Below, piece by piece: positions 10,116 through 20,200 of a stretch of 64,000 nt of DNA; the first letter of the stretch is position 1, and the number at the start of each line of letters is the position of its first letter. The DNA is from Negativicutes bacterium (GTDB lineage: Bacteria; Bacillota; Negativicutes; UBA1444). The stretch spans positions 576,001 through 640,000 of the forward strand of contig CAXXIN010000007.1 of the NCBI GenBank assembly GCA_963665275.2, read 5' to 3'. The notes under the pieces were generated by a model that had not been told where the DNA came from, made no database searches, and saw only the letters and a program-made list of their open reading frames with translations. A program made the translations under genes and the position numbers.

Positions 10116-10571
10116 TTACGTACAAATACCCACGCCAGCCAACTCATCTTCGCTCCAAAACCTCGCTTTGATATAACAAGCATGGCAACAATACTTCCGC
10201 TTCTTATCCCCATAAGCTCGGAAGGGTTTGCCGCAATGCCGGCAAGTAAACGAATATATCGCCGCTTCGCTTTTACATTGTGCCTCAGGATGCTCATTCC
10301 ACCATTTTCGGCGACAATCCGCTGAACAAAAGCGGCGGCTTCTGCCTTTCAGGTTTTTCTTGAAGTCTTGACCGCAGGCAGGGCAGAAAAAATTGTTCTT
10401 CCCTGATTCAACAACAGTTAGCGATACAGCTTTTGAGCCTCCCTCAAACCCCTTCTTTTTACAAATGCCACGAACCGTATCCCGTGAAATTCCCATGACT
10501 GCTGCAATAGCTTTATATCCGGCTCCCTGGAGCCGAAGGTCATGAATTTGCTGTTTTATGGCTTCGGTCAT
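10116..10571 (-). CDS. HTH plus zinc-finger protein of mobile elements
   Basis: N-terminal HTH (LRLQGAGYKAIAAVMGISRDTV), CPACG..FCSADC and CRHCG..YCCHAC; AAAGGAG RBS. Confidence 0.75.
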   Translation of the reverse strand: MTEAIKQQIHDLRLQGAGYKAIAAVMGISRDTVRGICKKKGFEGGSKAVSLTVVESGKNNFFCPACGQDFKKNLKGRSRRFCSADCRRKWWNEHPEAQCKSEAAIYSFTCRHCGKPFRAYGDKKRKYCCHACYIKARFWSEDELAGVGICT

Positions 10572-10808
10572 CAGCCGCACTCCTTTCTATATTTACGTAG
10601 GCAAAGTACAACCGCTAGTTGGCATTGCCTTTTATTTTGCGCCGGCAACGTCCAATACCCCCTAGTTCTGTTTTGCGAAATTTCACGTGTGCCTGGGGCG
10701 CGCTCTACAAACTTAAAAGCCCCAAGGAAATGACCCCCTATGGGGTCTGAAAGTGATAGCATAGGCCCACGATCGTTCTGTAATGGCATCCTCTGAAGCA
10801 CTCAGTGC

Positions 10809-11087
10809 CTACTGCAACTTTTGTTTTCTAAGATGATAATCATCTACCAAGTGCTCCATCTTATCCCTTATCAGCTCAATCACGCCAGTAACAAACATTG
10901 CAGCTTGCTGCGAAGAAAAGCCGGCTGCTTCCAGTATCGCTCTTGCTCTCTCCACATGAATCGCCTCAATCCCCACAGCAAGAAAAATCATTCCATCTGC
11001 CTGCGGAAATACGTCTAGTCTTGCGTTTTGCATGATTAATGTATTAGCGTCTCGGATTGCTTGTTCTCTTTTCGCTATACGGTCCAT
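10809..11087 (-). CDS. Hypothetical protein
   Basis: 92 aa with a GGAGG RBS, co-oriented in the element. Confidence 0.6.
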   Translation of the reverse strand: MDRIAKREQAIRDANTLIMQNARLDVFPQADGMIFLAVGIEAIHVERARAILEAAGFSSQQAAMFVTGVIELIRDKMEHLVDDYHLRKQKLQ

Positions 11088-11112
11088 AATTTCGCCTCCA
11101 TTTTTTCAAGAC

Positions 11113-11238
11113 GACAGCGCATCTTTTTGAATGACAGCGCATTTTACCTATTTTCACCTTTTTTTCACATGAAAGAGTAGTAGTAAAAAAACATGGAAAG
11201 TGCCTAAAATGCGCTGTCACTTGTAGAAATGCGCTGTC
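11113..11238. repeat. Iteron-like inverted repeat array, putative replication origin
   Basis: GACAGCGCAT at 11113 and 11133, its reverse complement at 11209 and 11229 (both pairs 20 bp apart), flanking an AT-rich core, directly after the helicase stop. Confidence 0.75.
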
Positions 11239-11242
11239 TTTG

Positions 11243-13057
11243 CTACAGGCCTGCAATGTCATTGAAATCTTGCGTGCTTTGTGGCCGAAGTTTTAGACCC
11301 ACTACGCATCGTTCTCCGCTGCTATTCATTGCAAGTTTTACCCCTTTGGTTTTTAATGTTTCACTAAATTTTCTCCGACTAAAAAAACACCTCATCCCGT
11401 TTTTCACTACCCAGTCCCGAAAGTTCTGGAATAAATCAACGGTTTTGGTCTTGATGTTTGGTGCCTCCTCGCAACATTCATCCAACCAATCTGTAAATAC
11501 ATCATTTTCAGAACGATATTCCTGCGTTGCTTGAATCACATCCTCCGGGGGATTCAATCCTTCCTTTTGCCATTGAAGACAACCCTCGACCATCCAGCGA
11601 AGAATGCCTGGCCATTCTTGCCGAAGATTTTCTTTCAGCAGGTTGTCCCGAGCCGCGCCCTCAAATTTCTCCGTGAACGGTATCAGCCTGATTCGACGCC
11701 AAAAGGCGCCATCTTCTCCGCTGGCAGCCGGCTTATGATTGGTCAGTAGACACAGTTTAAACGACGGTGTAAAATCAAAAAATTCACAGTGCAAGAAGCG
11801 TGCTTTAATCACGTCCTGCCCAGTTAACTGCTTTACAAGCGCCATATTCATTTTCCGGCCTTCAATCGTTTCGCTGGCCAACACAAAGCGCGAACCCCGC
11901 AGAGCCGCAATGTCGTTGTTGATGCCTTCATTCCTTTTCACAAGCAAGGTTTCCGCCGGCGTTGTGGTGGCGTAATCCCCCATTATCGACTGAACTACAT
12001 TGAATAACGTGGATTTGCCATTCGCACCCGTCCCCCACGCAATGGCCAGGATTTGTTCTCGACAGTCACTTGTCAAACAGTATCCCAAAAACTTCTGCAC
12101 GAATCGGATTACGCTCGAATTCCCGCCCCCGAGTATGGTATCTGGAAAAATTTCCTCTAAAAACTGTGTGAACCGTGGACACCTTGCTACCGGGTCATAC
12201 ATCACCGGCGCTTGCTTGGTAATCAGATCAGTGTTGTCATGCGGCAACAGGGTTCCACTTTTCAAATCGATGGTTCCATTTTGCACATTGAGCTTCCATG
12301 GACTGCGATCAAAAGCGTCCACTGTGACACTCAATTTATACGAAGCCCCCTCGGCCATGGCTTTCATCCGAACAAGCGCTTCTGATTTGTTGGCATGCAA
12401 AGCAATGGCTTTCCTGTCAGCAGGTTCGGTGGCGGCGGCCGCCTCCGCGTAAATGGATCGAACACATTCAGCAGCCAATTTCATGATCTCGTGCGATTCA
12501 TCCCGTCGCCAGCACCCACCGGAATAAACGAACCAGGATTTAAGTTGTGGACAGTGCAGCACCCGGCCTTGGAACCTTCGGGCGAAACGCGATGCATTGC
12601 CCAGGTCCGTCAAATGTTTCGCCTGACTATATTCAGGATCATAATGCGCCGTTTGTTTTTCCTGTGCCCTTGCAATGGTCATAGCTCCGTAGGTCTTTTC
12701 TCCGTGCTGTTCGTCCCACTTGGGCCGGTATAGCTCCGATTGCCGAAACAATCTGTCTATCTGCTCAGAATCCTGCGTCCAAAAGGCAAGAATCATACAG
12801 AGTGCGGAATCCGCTTCAGATTGGGAAGTGTACCGGTCCGGATAATCCTGCCAACGCCCTTCCCATAAATCCATAAATAGAAAACTGTTGCGCTTGGCCC
12901 CCTGTGCTCTACTTACGATTTCATCGTCCGTCAGAAGATTTCCGTCCCCCTTTACCAGCGATTCATCTTGCGTCGGTGGCGGCTGAGGAGGATCAGCGGC
13001 GAAGATTTTAGCGTAGAATATGTTCAGTACATCCTGCCGGCTTGCAATCTCTTTCAT
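11243..13057 (-). CDS. NrS-1-like helix-bundle domain plus P4/D5-type SF3 helicase
   Basis: SQSEADSALC..LAFWT..IDRLFRQS..RPKWDE, TDLGNA.RF, Walker A GTGANGKST, VKQLTGQD.IKARFL, FWRRI. Confidence 0.9.
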   Translation of the reverse strand: MKEIASRQDVLNIFYAKIFAADPPQPPPTQDESLVKGDGNLLTDDEIVSRAQGAKRNSFLFMDLWEGRWQDYPDRYTSQSEADSALCMILAFWTQDSEQIDRLFRQSELYRPKWDEQHGEKTYGAMTIARAQEKQTAHYDPEYSQAKHLTDLGNASRFARRFQGRVLHCPQLKSWFVYSGGCWRRDESHEIMKLAAECVRSIYAEAAAATEPADRKAIALHANKSEALVRMKAMAEGASYKLSVTVDAFDRSPWKLNVQNGTIDLKSGTLLPHDNTDLITKQAPVMYDPVARCPRFTQFLEEIFPDTILGGGNSSVIRFVQKFLGYCLTSDCREQILAIAWGTGANGKSTLFNVVQSIMGDYATTTPAETLLVKRNEGINNDIAALRGSRFVLASETIEGRKMNMALVKQLTGQDVIKARFLHCEFFDFTPSFKLCLLTNHKPAASGEDGAFWRRIRLIPFTEKFEGAARDNLLKENLRQEWPGILRWMVEGCLQWQKEGLNPPEDVIQATQEYRSENDVFTDWLDECCEEAPNIKTKTVDLFQNFRDWVVKNGMRCFFSRRKFSETLKTKGVKLAMNSSGERCVVGLKLRPQSTQDFNDIAGL

Positions 13058-13554
13058 GCACTCCCCTCCGGCAACAGGTTTCCGGTGATGGTGAAATAGT
13101 GGGCGCAGTCATACATTTCAATCCGGCCACCGCGCTTTTTGCATTTTGGACCTGGCTTCTTGCCCTTGATAATGATATGCAGCCCACTCCCACTCGGGCT
13201 AATTTCCGTATAGGAATTAAACTGCTTCACAATGTCGAGCGCCCAAGGTTCTATTTCACCCGTTTGAGGGTTTCTGCATTTGTCCAGGTCAATTCCGCAG
13301 TAGGCGTCGGTCGCAGCAAATACAAATCCTATGCCAGAAATGTTATTGATCTTTGTCATGGCTTCCGCTGCTTCCGTATATCCCCCCCAGGTGTTGGGGT
13401 CTGTAGGATCTGCATTGCTGCCTGTCTTTAGGTTTACCGGTGTTTTGTCAACCATCACTCCTTTGCTGTTTTTGCGCGGTCCCCACACAACCCACTGGGG
13501 TCGGTCTTTCAGCTCCTGCGGTATGTTCTCATAGGATATGTTTTGTGTAAGCAA
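13054..13554 (-). CDS. NrS-1-like primase-polymerase catalytic domain
   Basis: IPQELK..PQWVVW, GIGFVF, GIDLDKC, SYTEISPSGSGLHI, IEMYD..HYFTITG. Confidence 0.85.
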   Translation of the reverse strand: MLTQNISYENIPQELKDRPQWVVWGPRKNSKGVMVDKTPVNLKTGSNADPTDPNTWGGYTEAAEAMTKINNISGIGFVFAATDAYCGIDLDKCRNPQTGEIEPWALDIVKQFNSYTEISPSGSGLHIIIKGKKPGPKCKKRGGRIEMYDCAHYFTITGNLLPEGSA

Positions 13555-13627
13555 CTTTTATGCACCCCATCGCTAGCCCCGCGTGGCAGCGGGACTTTTT
13601 CTTTTGGGAATAGAGAAGGCGACGCAT

Positions 13628-13813
13628 TTACGCGCCGCCCCAGGGTTCACTCGCCGGCCAATATCCGGCTTGGCTGATAGTCTGCTTTTGTTCCGTAATA
13701 ATGTCCTCCACCGCAAGCCTTGGTACTGGGTCTTTTACATCGTAGACGTTTTTCCACTCAAGCGCTTTTTCGATCCACACCTTTGTCCGGTTCTTTTTCC
13801 TGTCTCTGGACAT
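13628..13813 (-). CDS. Small hypothetical protein
   Basis: 61 aa, AGGAGGTG RBS, lies between the HTH gene and the primase. Confidence 0.55.
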   Translation of the reverse strand: MSRDRKKNRTKVWIEKALEWKNVYDVKDPVPRLAVEDIITEQKQTISQAGYWPASEPWGGA

Positions 13814-13870
13814 AACTCACCTCCTGCTCCGTCGGCAATGCTCCTGCAACATCAACGGGTTCTTTCTTTG

Positions 13871-14059
13871 TTATCGGCCGCTTATCTTGTCACTATTGGG
13901 GGCAGTTATCTTGTTCACCCAATATGCCGGGATGAACACGCGTCCTCCTATACGCACACTGGGCACTTCCCCACGCTTGATCGCCTGCCACATGCCGCTT
14001 CTGGACAAAGGAACAATCTTGAGCGCCTCTTTGATTGTGAACAGCTTTGTGTCTACCAT
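13871..14059 (-). CDS. Excisionase/AlpA-like HTH protein
   Basis: LFTIKEA..LSRS.M..AIKRGEVPSVRIGGRVFIP; GGGAGG RBS. Confidence 0.8.
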   Translation of the reverse strand: MVDTKLFTIKEALKIVPLSRSGMWQAIKRGEVPSVRIGGRVFIPAYWVNKITAPNSDKISGR

Positions 14060-14148
14060 CTCTCAGCCTCCCGTTTTCTAAACTCATTCAATGTGTTTTG
14101 TTTCCCTAAGTAAATGGCGCTTTCACGCCCTAAACTATTTCTCTCAAT

Positions 14149-14862
14149 TTAACTCTTTCGCTTCTTGAACGGTTTCAATATGAGTCGTATATCTGTTTGG
14201 ACATCGCGCAAAACGATTTCATCTTCAAGAATCCTGGAGTGGGTTTCCACTTTTTTTATATACCAATCCACAAACACCGTATGCATTTTACCACCCCAAC
14301 CCTGCTCTACGGTTCTCGTGTCATCACCGTAGCCTTCCGCACCTTGCGCAATTTCCCAGGATGCACGATATTCAATTTGAACCTGAGCTGGAATATCAAA
14401 AGGAATACCATATTCCGCTTTATATCTGGCCATAATCCACGAAAAAATCATAGAATCAACATTTAGATCATTTTCATAGAGCGGAGAATCCGAGGCATCG
14501 AGAAATACTTCCCTGCATTTATCGGCAGGCTCGTTTACTTCTGGCTCAGGATAAATCTCCACGTTTCCCTTTTGCCATTTCTCAAATTCAGCAAGGATAT
14601 CGCTCAATTCACCCTCGCAGATTTCGGCGATGAAACCTCTAGCCGCTGCCCTGACTTCTGCCACTTGTTTCATACTGTGGGCCTTCAAAAGGTGCGCCGC
14701 CGCCGCAATTTCCCACTTGGTTTCAGGCGGATATTCGCTCCACTTTCCTCCGGCACGTCCCTTATTTCCTCTTTGCGGCGTGGGAACCAGCCCTGCGTTC
14801 ACCCATCGGCGCAAGGTTTCACAGGAGATGGATGCATTTTGCAATACTTCCTCACGTGTCAT
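14149..14862 (-). CDS. MerR-like HTH regulator with unknown C-terminal domain
   Basis: IS.ETLRRWVNAGLVPTP.R winged-HTH pattern; start placed at MTREE after GAGGG. Confidence 0.65.
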   Translation of the reverse strand: MTREEVLQNASISCETLRRWVNAGLVPTPQRGNKGRAGGKWSEYPPETKWEIAAAAHLLKAHSMKQVAEVRAAARGFIAEICEGELSDILAEFEKWQKGNVEIYPEPEVNEPADKCREVFLDASDSPLYENDLNVDSMIFSWIMARYKAEYGIPFDIPAQVQIEYRASWEIAQGAEGYGDDTRTVEQGWGGKMHTVFVDWYIKKVETHSRILEDEIVLRDVQTDIRLILKPFKKRKS

Positions 14863-14882
14863 TGATATATCCCTCAATATTT

Positions 14883-14938
14883 CAAAACACATTATGTGTG
14901 TTTTGTTTTAATTATATCACTCGCGCTATTGCTGTCAA
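14883..14938 (-). promoter_or_regulatory. Consensus sigma-A promoter with downstream operator palindrome
   Basis: Minus strand TTGACA-16-TATAAT with TG extension (14938-14911); CAAAACAC-N7-GTGTTTTG at 14883-14905. Confidence 0.7.
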
Positions 14939-15047
14939 TAAGCAGGAGCTTTTGTTCATAGATTTTTTTGTGTTTATCCTATATTAATATATCCCTTATC
15001 TCCGCATCCATAACATTTTTAAAGCAATTAAAATGCAGATTCAATAA

Positions 15048-16061
15048 CTAATCGCCTTTTAAATACTTCTTCATCGCTTTGTCAAAATTCGAGATATACT
15101 CTTTATCTTGTTTTTCCCTAAACCTTTCATACTCACTTTGTGCTTTTGTAATGGCTGCCTCATGACTAATTTTTCCTGCATCTTTGAGAACTTCCTGCCG
15201 ATTATACTTTAAGAATTCATCTGTAATATCCAGCCAATCCTTCATGGTCATAATCTGTTCGTTCAATGCCTGAAATTCAGCATAATCAATATACATTGTC
15301 ACTATTCTGTTAAGGCGATCCAGCTCTTTTTCATTGAGGTAATTTTTTGCCACCGTAATATCGCTTTTCAAAATCTTTCCGGCAGGAGATGCTTTCCAGT
15401 TAGTTAGTCCCATTGTCGGGCGTGCGCTGTCAGCTCTATCATGAATTATTTCCGCCGCAGTTTTTCCGGTTATGGCAAAGTGCATTTTATTCTGGACAAA
15501 AGCATAGAATGCCCTCGTTTCCTCTGAACCCGAATTATAATCGCTACTGCACTGTTCAAATACATCGGCAATTTTCTGGTAAGCCCTACGTTCAGAAGCC
15601 CTGATCTCCCTAATGCGCTCTAACAGCTCATCAAAATAATCCTTGCCAAATGGTCTTCCGTTTTTTAGCATCTCATCATTCAATACAAAGCCTTTTAAAA
15701 TGTACTCCTTTAATGTTTGAGTTGCCCAGATTCTAAACTGAGTAGCCTTTATCGAATTCACCCGGTACCCGACTGCAATAATGGCATCAAGATTATAAAA
15801 TTCGACATTGCGTTTTATATTTCTTTCGCCTTCGTTTTGAACTGTTTCCATAACGGAAACAGTTGCATTTTTTTCAAGTTCACCGGATTCATAGATATTT
15901 TTAAGATGCTTAGAAATGGCGGCTTTCTGAACATCGAACAGTTCTCCCATGGCTTTTTGTGTCAACCAAAAATTTTCATCAGTAAAATAAACACTGACTT
16001 TTACTTTGCCTTCATCAGTTTGATAAAGTATTATTTTATTTTCTTTAGATGAATTATCCAC
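15048..16061 (-). CDS. RhuM-family protein
   Basis: WLTQKAMGELF, ISKHLKNIY..GEL, YNLDAIIAVGYRVNS..ATQFRIWAT, DYFDELLERIREIRASER; GTG start after AAGGAG. Confidence 0.9.
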   Translation of the reverse strand: MDNSSKENKIILYQTDEGKVKVSVYFTDENFWLTQKAMGELFDVQKAAISKHLKNIYESGELEKNATVSVMETVQNEGERNIKRNVEFYNLDAIIAVGYRVNSIKATQFRIWATQTLKEYILKGFVLNDEMLKNGRPFGKDYFDELLERIREIRASERRAYQKIADVFEQCSSDYNSGSEETRAFYAFVQNKMHFAITGKTAAEIIHDRADSARPTMGLTNWKASPAGKILKSDITVAKNYLNEKELDRLNRIVTMYIDYAEFQALNEQIMTMKDWLDITDEFLKYNRQEVLKDAGKISHEAAITKAQSEYERFREKQDKEYISNFDKAMKKYLKGD

Positions 16062-16361
16062 CGTTCGACCTACTCCTTTCCTCGTTCTCTTGCAAAAGCT
16101 GCTTCTAATTCCACTATACGCCTTAAACACGGCATCTTCCGCACTCTGGCAGAAGATGATATCGAAACAATCAAGGCGAAAGACACGATTGCCAGCTGCA
16201 TATCGGCCACGAATCTCTATAATCCTAATCCTTATTCAGCGGGCTTCTTACCTTCAACATGATGCTCCCTTTGCGTGCCACACGGGCTAACATCAATACC
16301 CCCCGAGGGTTATTCGGCCGCTCTCTTGTTGCTGTCATAATTTGCGTAACTCAGGGCAACT

Positions 16362-17201
16362 TCACCAAACAAACGATTCTTCTGGGATGTTCGTAATAAC
16401 CAATTCTTTACCCTTAACACTGACTCTGGCGTTATGCTGAATATCGTACCCAGTCACCATGTACTGTTTATAGATATCCCTTATTAGATCGCAGTCATCA
16501 TAAGTAATAATCCACGGAATATCCCTAAGGTGTTCGGTTATAACCTGCTCAAGATTTCTGTGATCAGATTCTTTGAAGTAATTTGTATATAGCCGGCTCC
16601 CTTTAACTACGTATGGAGGATCAATATTTAAGAAAGCAGTATCGTTTGGGAAGTCTAATTGGTTAATAATCAAATCACTGGCATCGTAGTTATACAGCGA
16701 AATGCGATCCTCTAGCAAAGCAATATCCGTGATTTTCCTTTTTATCTCTTCCTTATTGAATCGACAATCCAGCTTATATTCGCCTTTCTGCATCAATCCG
16801 CCAATTGAGCCGCCTTTGATGATGCCAGAAAAGTTCACGCGATTTAAAAACAATGTTGCGAAGCCATCGCTCAAAGCATCTGCAGCACTGTCTTTGTACA
16901 CTGCCTTTTGTTTCTCTCGTTCATCAATTGTGATGGGCGTATCTGTAATTTTTCTAAGCAAATCGTCGGTGCTGTAAAGCACGGAATGCCAAAAATGATA
17001 TATATGCGAATCGAAATCATTTAATACAACGGATTGCACAACGTTATCGCATAACAAACCAATCCCTATTCCAAACCCTCCCGCAAAAGGCTCAACATAG
17101 GTTCTATCGCCCAGTGAATTGGTTTCAACAAGGTGCTTAACCTTGTCATAGATTTTTGATTTTCCGCCTGGATAGCGAAGCGGCGAAAGCGATTTAGCCA
17201 T
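16362..17201 (-). CDS. DNA N6-adenine methyltransferase (Dam/D12 class)
   Basis: SPLRYPGGKS, YVEPFAGG (motif I), LFLNRVNFSG, DPPY (motif IV). Confidence 0.92.
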   Translation of the reverse strand: MAKSLSPLRYPGGKSKIYDKVKHLVETNSLGDRTYVEPFAGGFGIGIGLLCDNVVQSVVLNDFDSHIYHFWHSVLYSTDDLLRKITDTPITIDEREKQKAVYKDSAADALSDGFATLFLNRVNFSGIIKGGSIGGLMQKGEYKLDCRFNKEEIKRKITDIALLEDRISLYNYDASDLIINQLDFPNDTAFLNIDPPYVVKGSRLYTNYFKESDHRNLEQVITEHLRDIPWIITYDDCDLIRDIYKQYMVTGYDIQHNARVSVKGKELVITNIPEESFVW

Positions 17202-17204
17202 TGT

Positions 17205-20200
17205 CTACCTCTCACACACCAGATTTCTGTATGTCATAAACGCATTAGGAAGCCAATCCGACAAATCATAAGGATTCAAGTATATCTTTGTCCTTGTGTT
17301 ATCGAGTTTCTTCCGTATCGCAGGTACAACTTTAAAGTCGACTGAAGGATTAGGTTGAGGCGTGCCGATGTCCTCTGATATCAGCTTCCTCAGTGGCACG
17401 AGATACTTTTCTTGTTCGCTGTCATCGTATTCGTCTGGCAACTGCCCATATTGAGAATAGTCGAGAAGCTGCAGCCCTAAATGTCTGTCGAAAAATTGGT
17501 GGTTTCTCTGATTCCAGTAGTTGTCCAGACAATTCTTACAGGAATGCGAGCATTCACATTCTGAAAGAATGCTCCTTGCCCTATCGAGAACCTTATCAAG
17601 AATTGAGCCTATCAGCGATGAGTATCCCGCGCCGCTTGTGAGGTTGTCATAGAAGAACATTTCAATGTGCGATTTTCCGTCGCTCTTGATTCTCGGACGC
17701 CAACCGCCGCTGATTTCATTATAGTCAATGTCCAAGACAAGCGAAATAGATTTCTTGAGTGCTTCGTGCAAGGTTGTCACGGCCGCCCTAAGTATGCTTT
17801 TTTCTTCTGCATTGCTATTACCAATGAGTTTGGATGAGTCGTAAAAAATGTCCAACATAAACATATCCGTCAAAAATTCATACCCCAAATAGATACCAGT
17901 AGTGACAGTCCCCTCGTGGCGGCATAGTGGACGGCTATCGTGGTATGGTTGCGAGAAAGAAAATGCTCCTGAATTTGTGCCTGCAACCTCTGCACCGCCG
18001 CATTTCCTGCAAACATTGAAACCGTTCTTGCTTTTCCCCATGTTCACGGTCAAGACTTTTCGGTCAGGAAGATTGGCGAAGCGGATATTGCTCCGCCCGA
18101 ATTCTTCCATCCGTATGTCTTCTGGAACATAGGAATAATACGGAGCCTCCGCATAGGTGTATTGCTCATCTTCATCCTCGAACTTTACCTCATCGCCTTT
18201 GACGGGTGAAAAGCCCCAAGGCCGCAGCATTTTATTCTTTACAATGGGCACGCCACAATACGGACAAACTAATTGGTGTGAATCCTCTTGCTCCAAGCCA
18301 AACCAGTTGCACTCAGAACAAACGTAGATATCTTTATAATAGTCCGTGTTTTTGAAGTAGAATTCGGCCTGATTCGTTTCAAAACCTCTCGGACGAGGGT
18401 TGGCATAGAGTCCACCGCTCTTGAATTTTTTCTTGTCAATCGTTACAAAGCGTCCAGGGGCATATTCACTGAGGGCGACGGCGATATCCCGCTCCGGCGC
18501 ATATTGAATATCTCGCGGTGCGTTCCGTCCGCGTTCAGATTCCTTCTCAATGAAAAACCTAACAACATTTTTGGGGAACGAGTACGACGGAATAAAGCCT
18601 TCACGGTAAAAGACATCAAATGCAGGAGTTTCTTTGTCGTTGTTAATGTATTCATCGCGTTTGCCTTCAGCTAAAACTCTTTGGCATATTTTGCGGAAAC
18701 GAACAATGGTCACATCAGTAGATAATTTTGATGATTTCGCAAATGTTTCCGCAAATTCAATGAAATTTTCACTGTACAGTTCGCAGAACGATATTATACC
18801 TATGTCAACGATGCCGTCAAATTGGCCGCTCATGTCCGGTGTTGACATAAACCCATTCAACGCCAGCATATTGACATGACGTTGCTTTATTTTCGGATTA
18901 TCCCGGTCAATCCACGGCTTGCGCGGCGAACCGGAAATCATCTCGTCTGGATGCAAGAAGTAATGACTGTCGTGTGTTCCTCCCGAAGCGTATGTTACGA
19001 TCGTAGAGATTCCTGCATTCTTACGTCCAGCACGTCCTGCTCTTTGCTGGTAGTTTTCTCTCATAGGCGGTATGTTGCGAAGGCCGACAGCGGTTAAAGA
19101 GCCTATATCTATACCTACTTCCATAGTTGTCGTGCAACTTAAAACATCAATTGACTCCTCACCTTTTTCGCCTGCATTGATGTCTTGGAAGCGCATTTCA
19201 TACTTTTCTGTACGGCTCCAAGTATCACTGCGGATTTCTTTATGGGAAAGTTGCGCAGTATGTTCTTCAGTGTTTATTGTGTGAATGCTATCGATTTTAC
19301 TTAAGGCATTGAGAACCGGAAGGCGCCAAAAATCAAAGCGAGATAAGTCGGATTCGCCGATTGCCACTAAGTCCGTCGATTCAAAACAAGCACCGCAATA
19401 TTCGCCAATCTTGAATGGAGACAATTTCCCGCACCTAACACAACGAAACCATATGATGTCTTTGTCAGCAAACTTAATTTTTACCGCACGCAGCTTGATG
19501 TGGAAGCGACCAACTGAAGAGGAAGCGAAAAACAGGTCACGCACCTTATCGATGGTTTTTACTAAAGCGGTATTGTCAAGACAAAGGCGCTCTTGAATTC
19601 GTTGGAGGAATGTCTTATCCAGTGCGGCTGCGAAGTCAAAACTCAATCCGAATTCATGTGCTTTACTGCGTCCAGGCAGGCCCTTTCTAACATCATCTGG
19701 AATTGTTTCTCCCAAAGCTGCGCTGTCGTCCATTACATCCCAGAATAGTAACACAAGCAGCTGATAAAGGGTACTATTATCAACGCCGATTCCGGCGTCC
19801 TCTAATAAATCATCCACACAATCATCAAGTTCTTTTTGCATAGGGGCTAAAAAACCGATACCTATATCCTTGAAAGAGCGTGGACTTTCTGTGAAGAAAG
19901 TAAGCAACTGCTCATAGTAATCTTCAGGCAGCGACTGATATTCAAAGGCAATCGCCGAATAGTTAATAGATTTTCCTCGCCGTTCCGCTCTATTTTTTTC
20001 AATGCTGAATTTTCGTTGGTCATCTCTGAACTTATTTTTGCTTGTCCCGCTAAAGAAAGATAGGTTGTTTTGGATACAGACATCCAAGAACGCGGGGTAA
20101 AGATCAAACAGAGAGTGTTCATTTCTGTCGACTTGTAGTAGCAGAGATGCAAGCATAACCGCCTGGCGGAATGCGTCTGCATCAGATGATTTTGACAAAT

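Noticed and set aside
16294-16304. CAATACCCCC shared with 10654-10663
   Set aside because: Only 10 bp of low complexity, compatible with chance.
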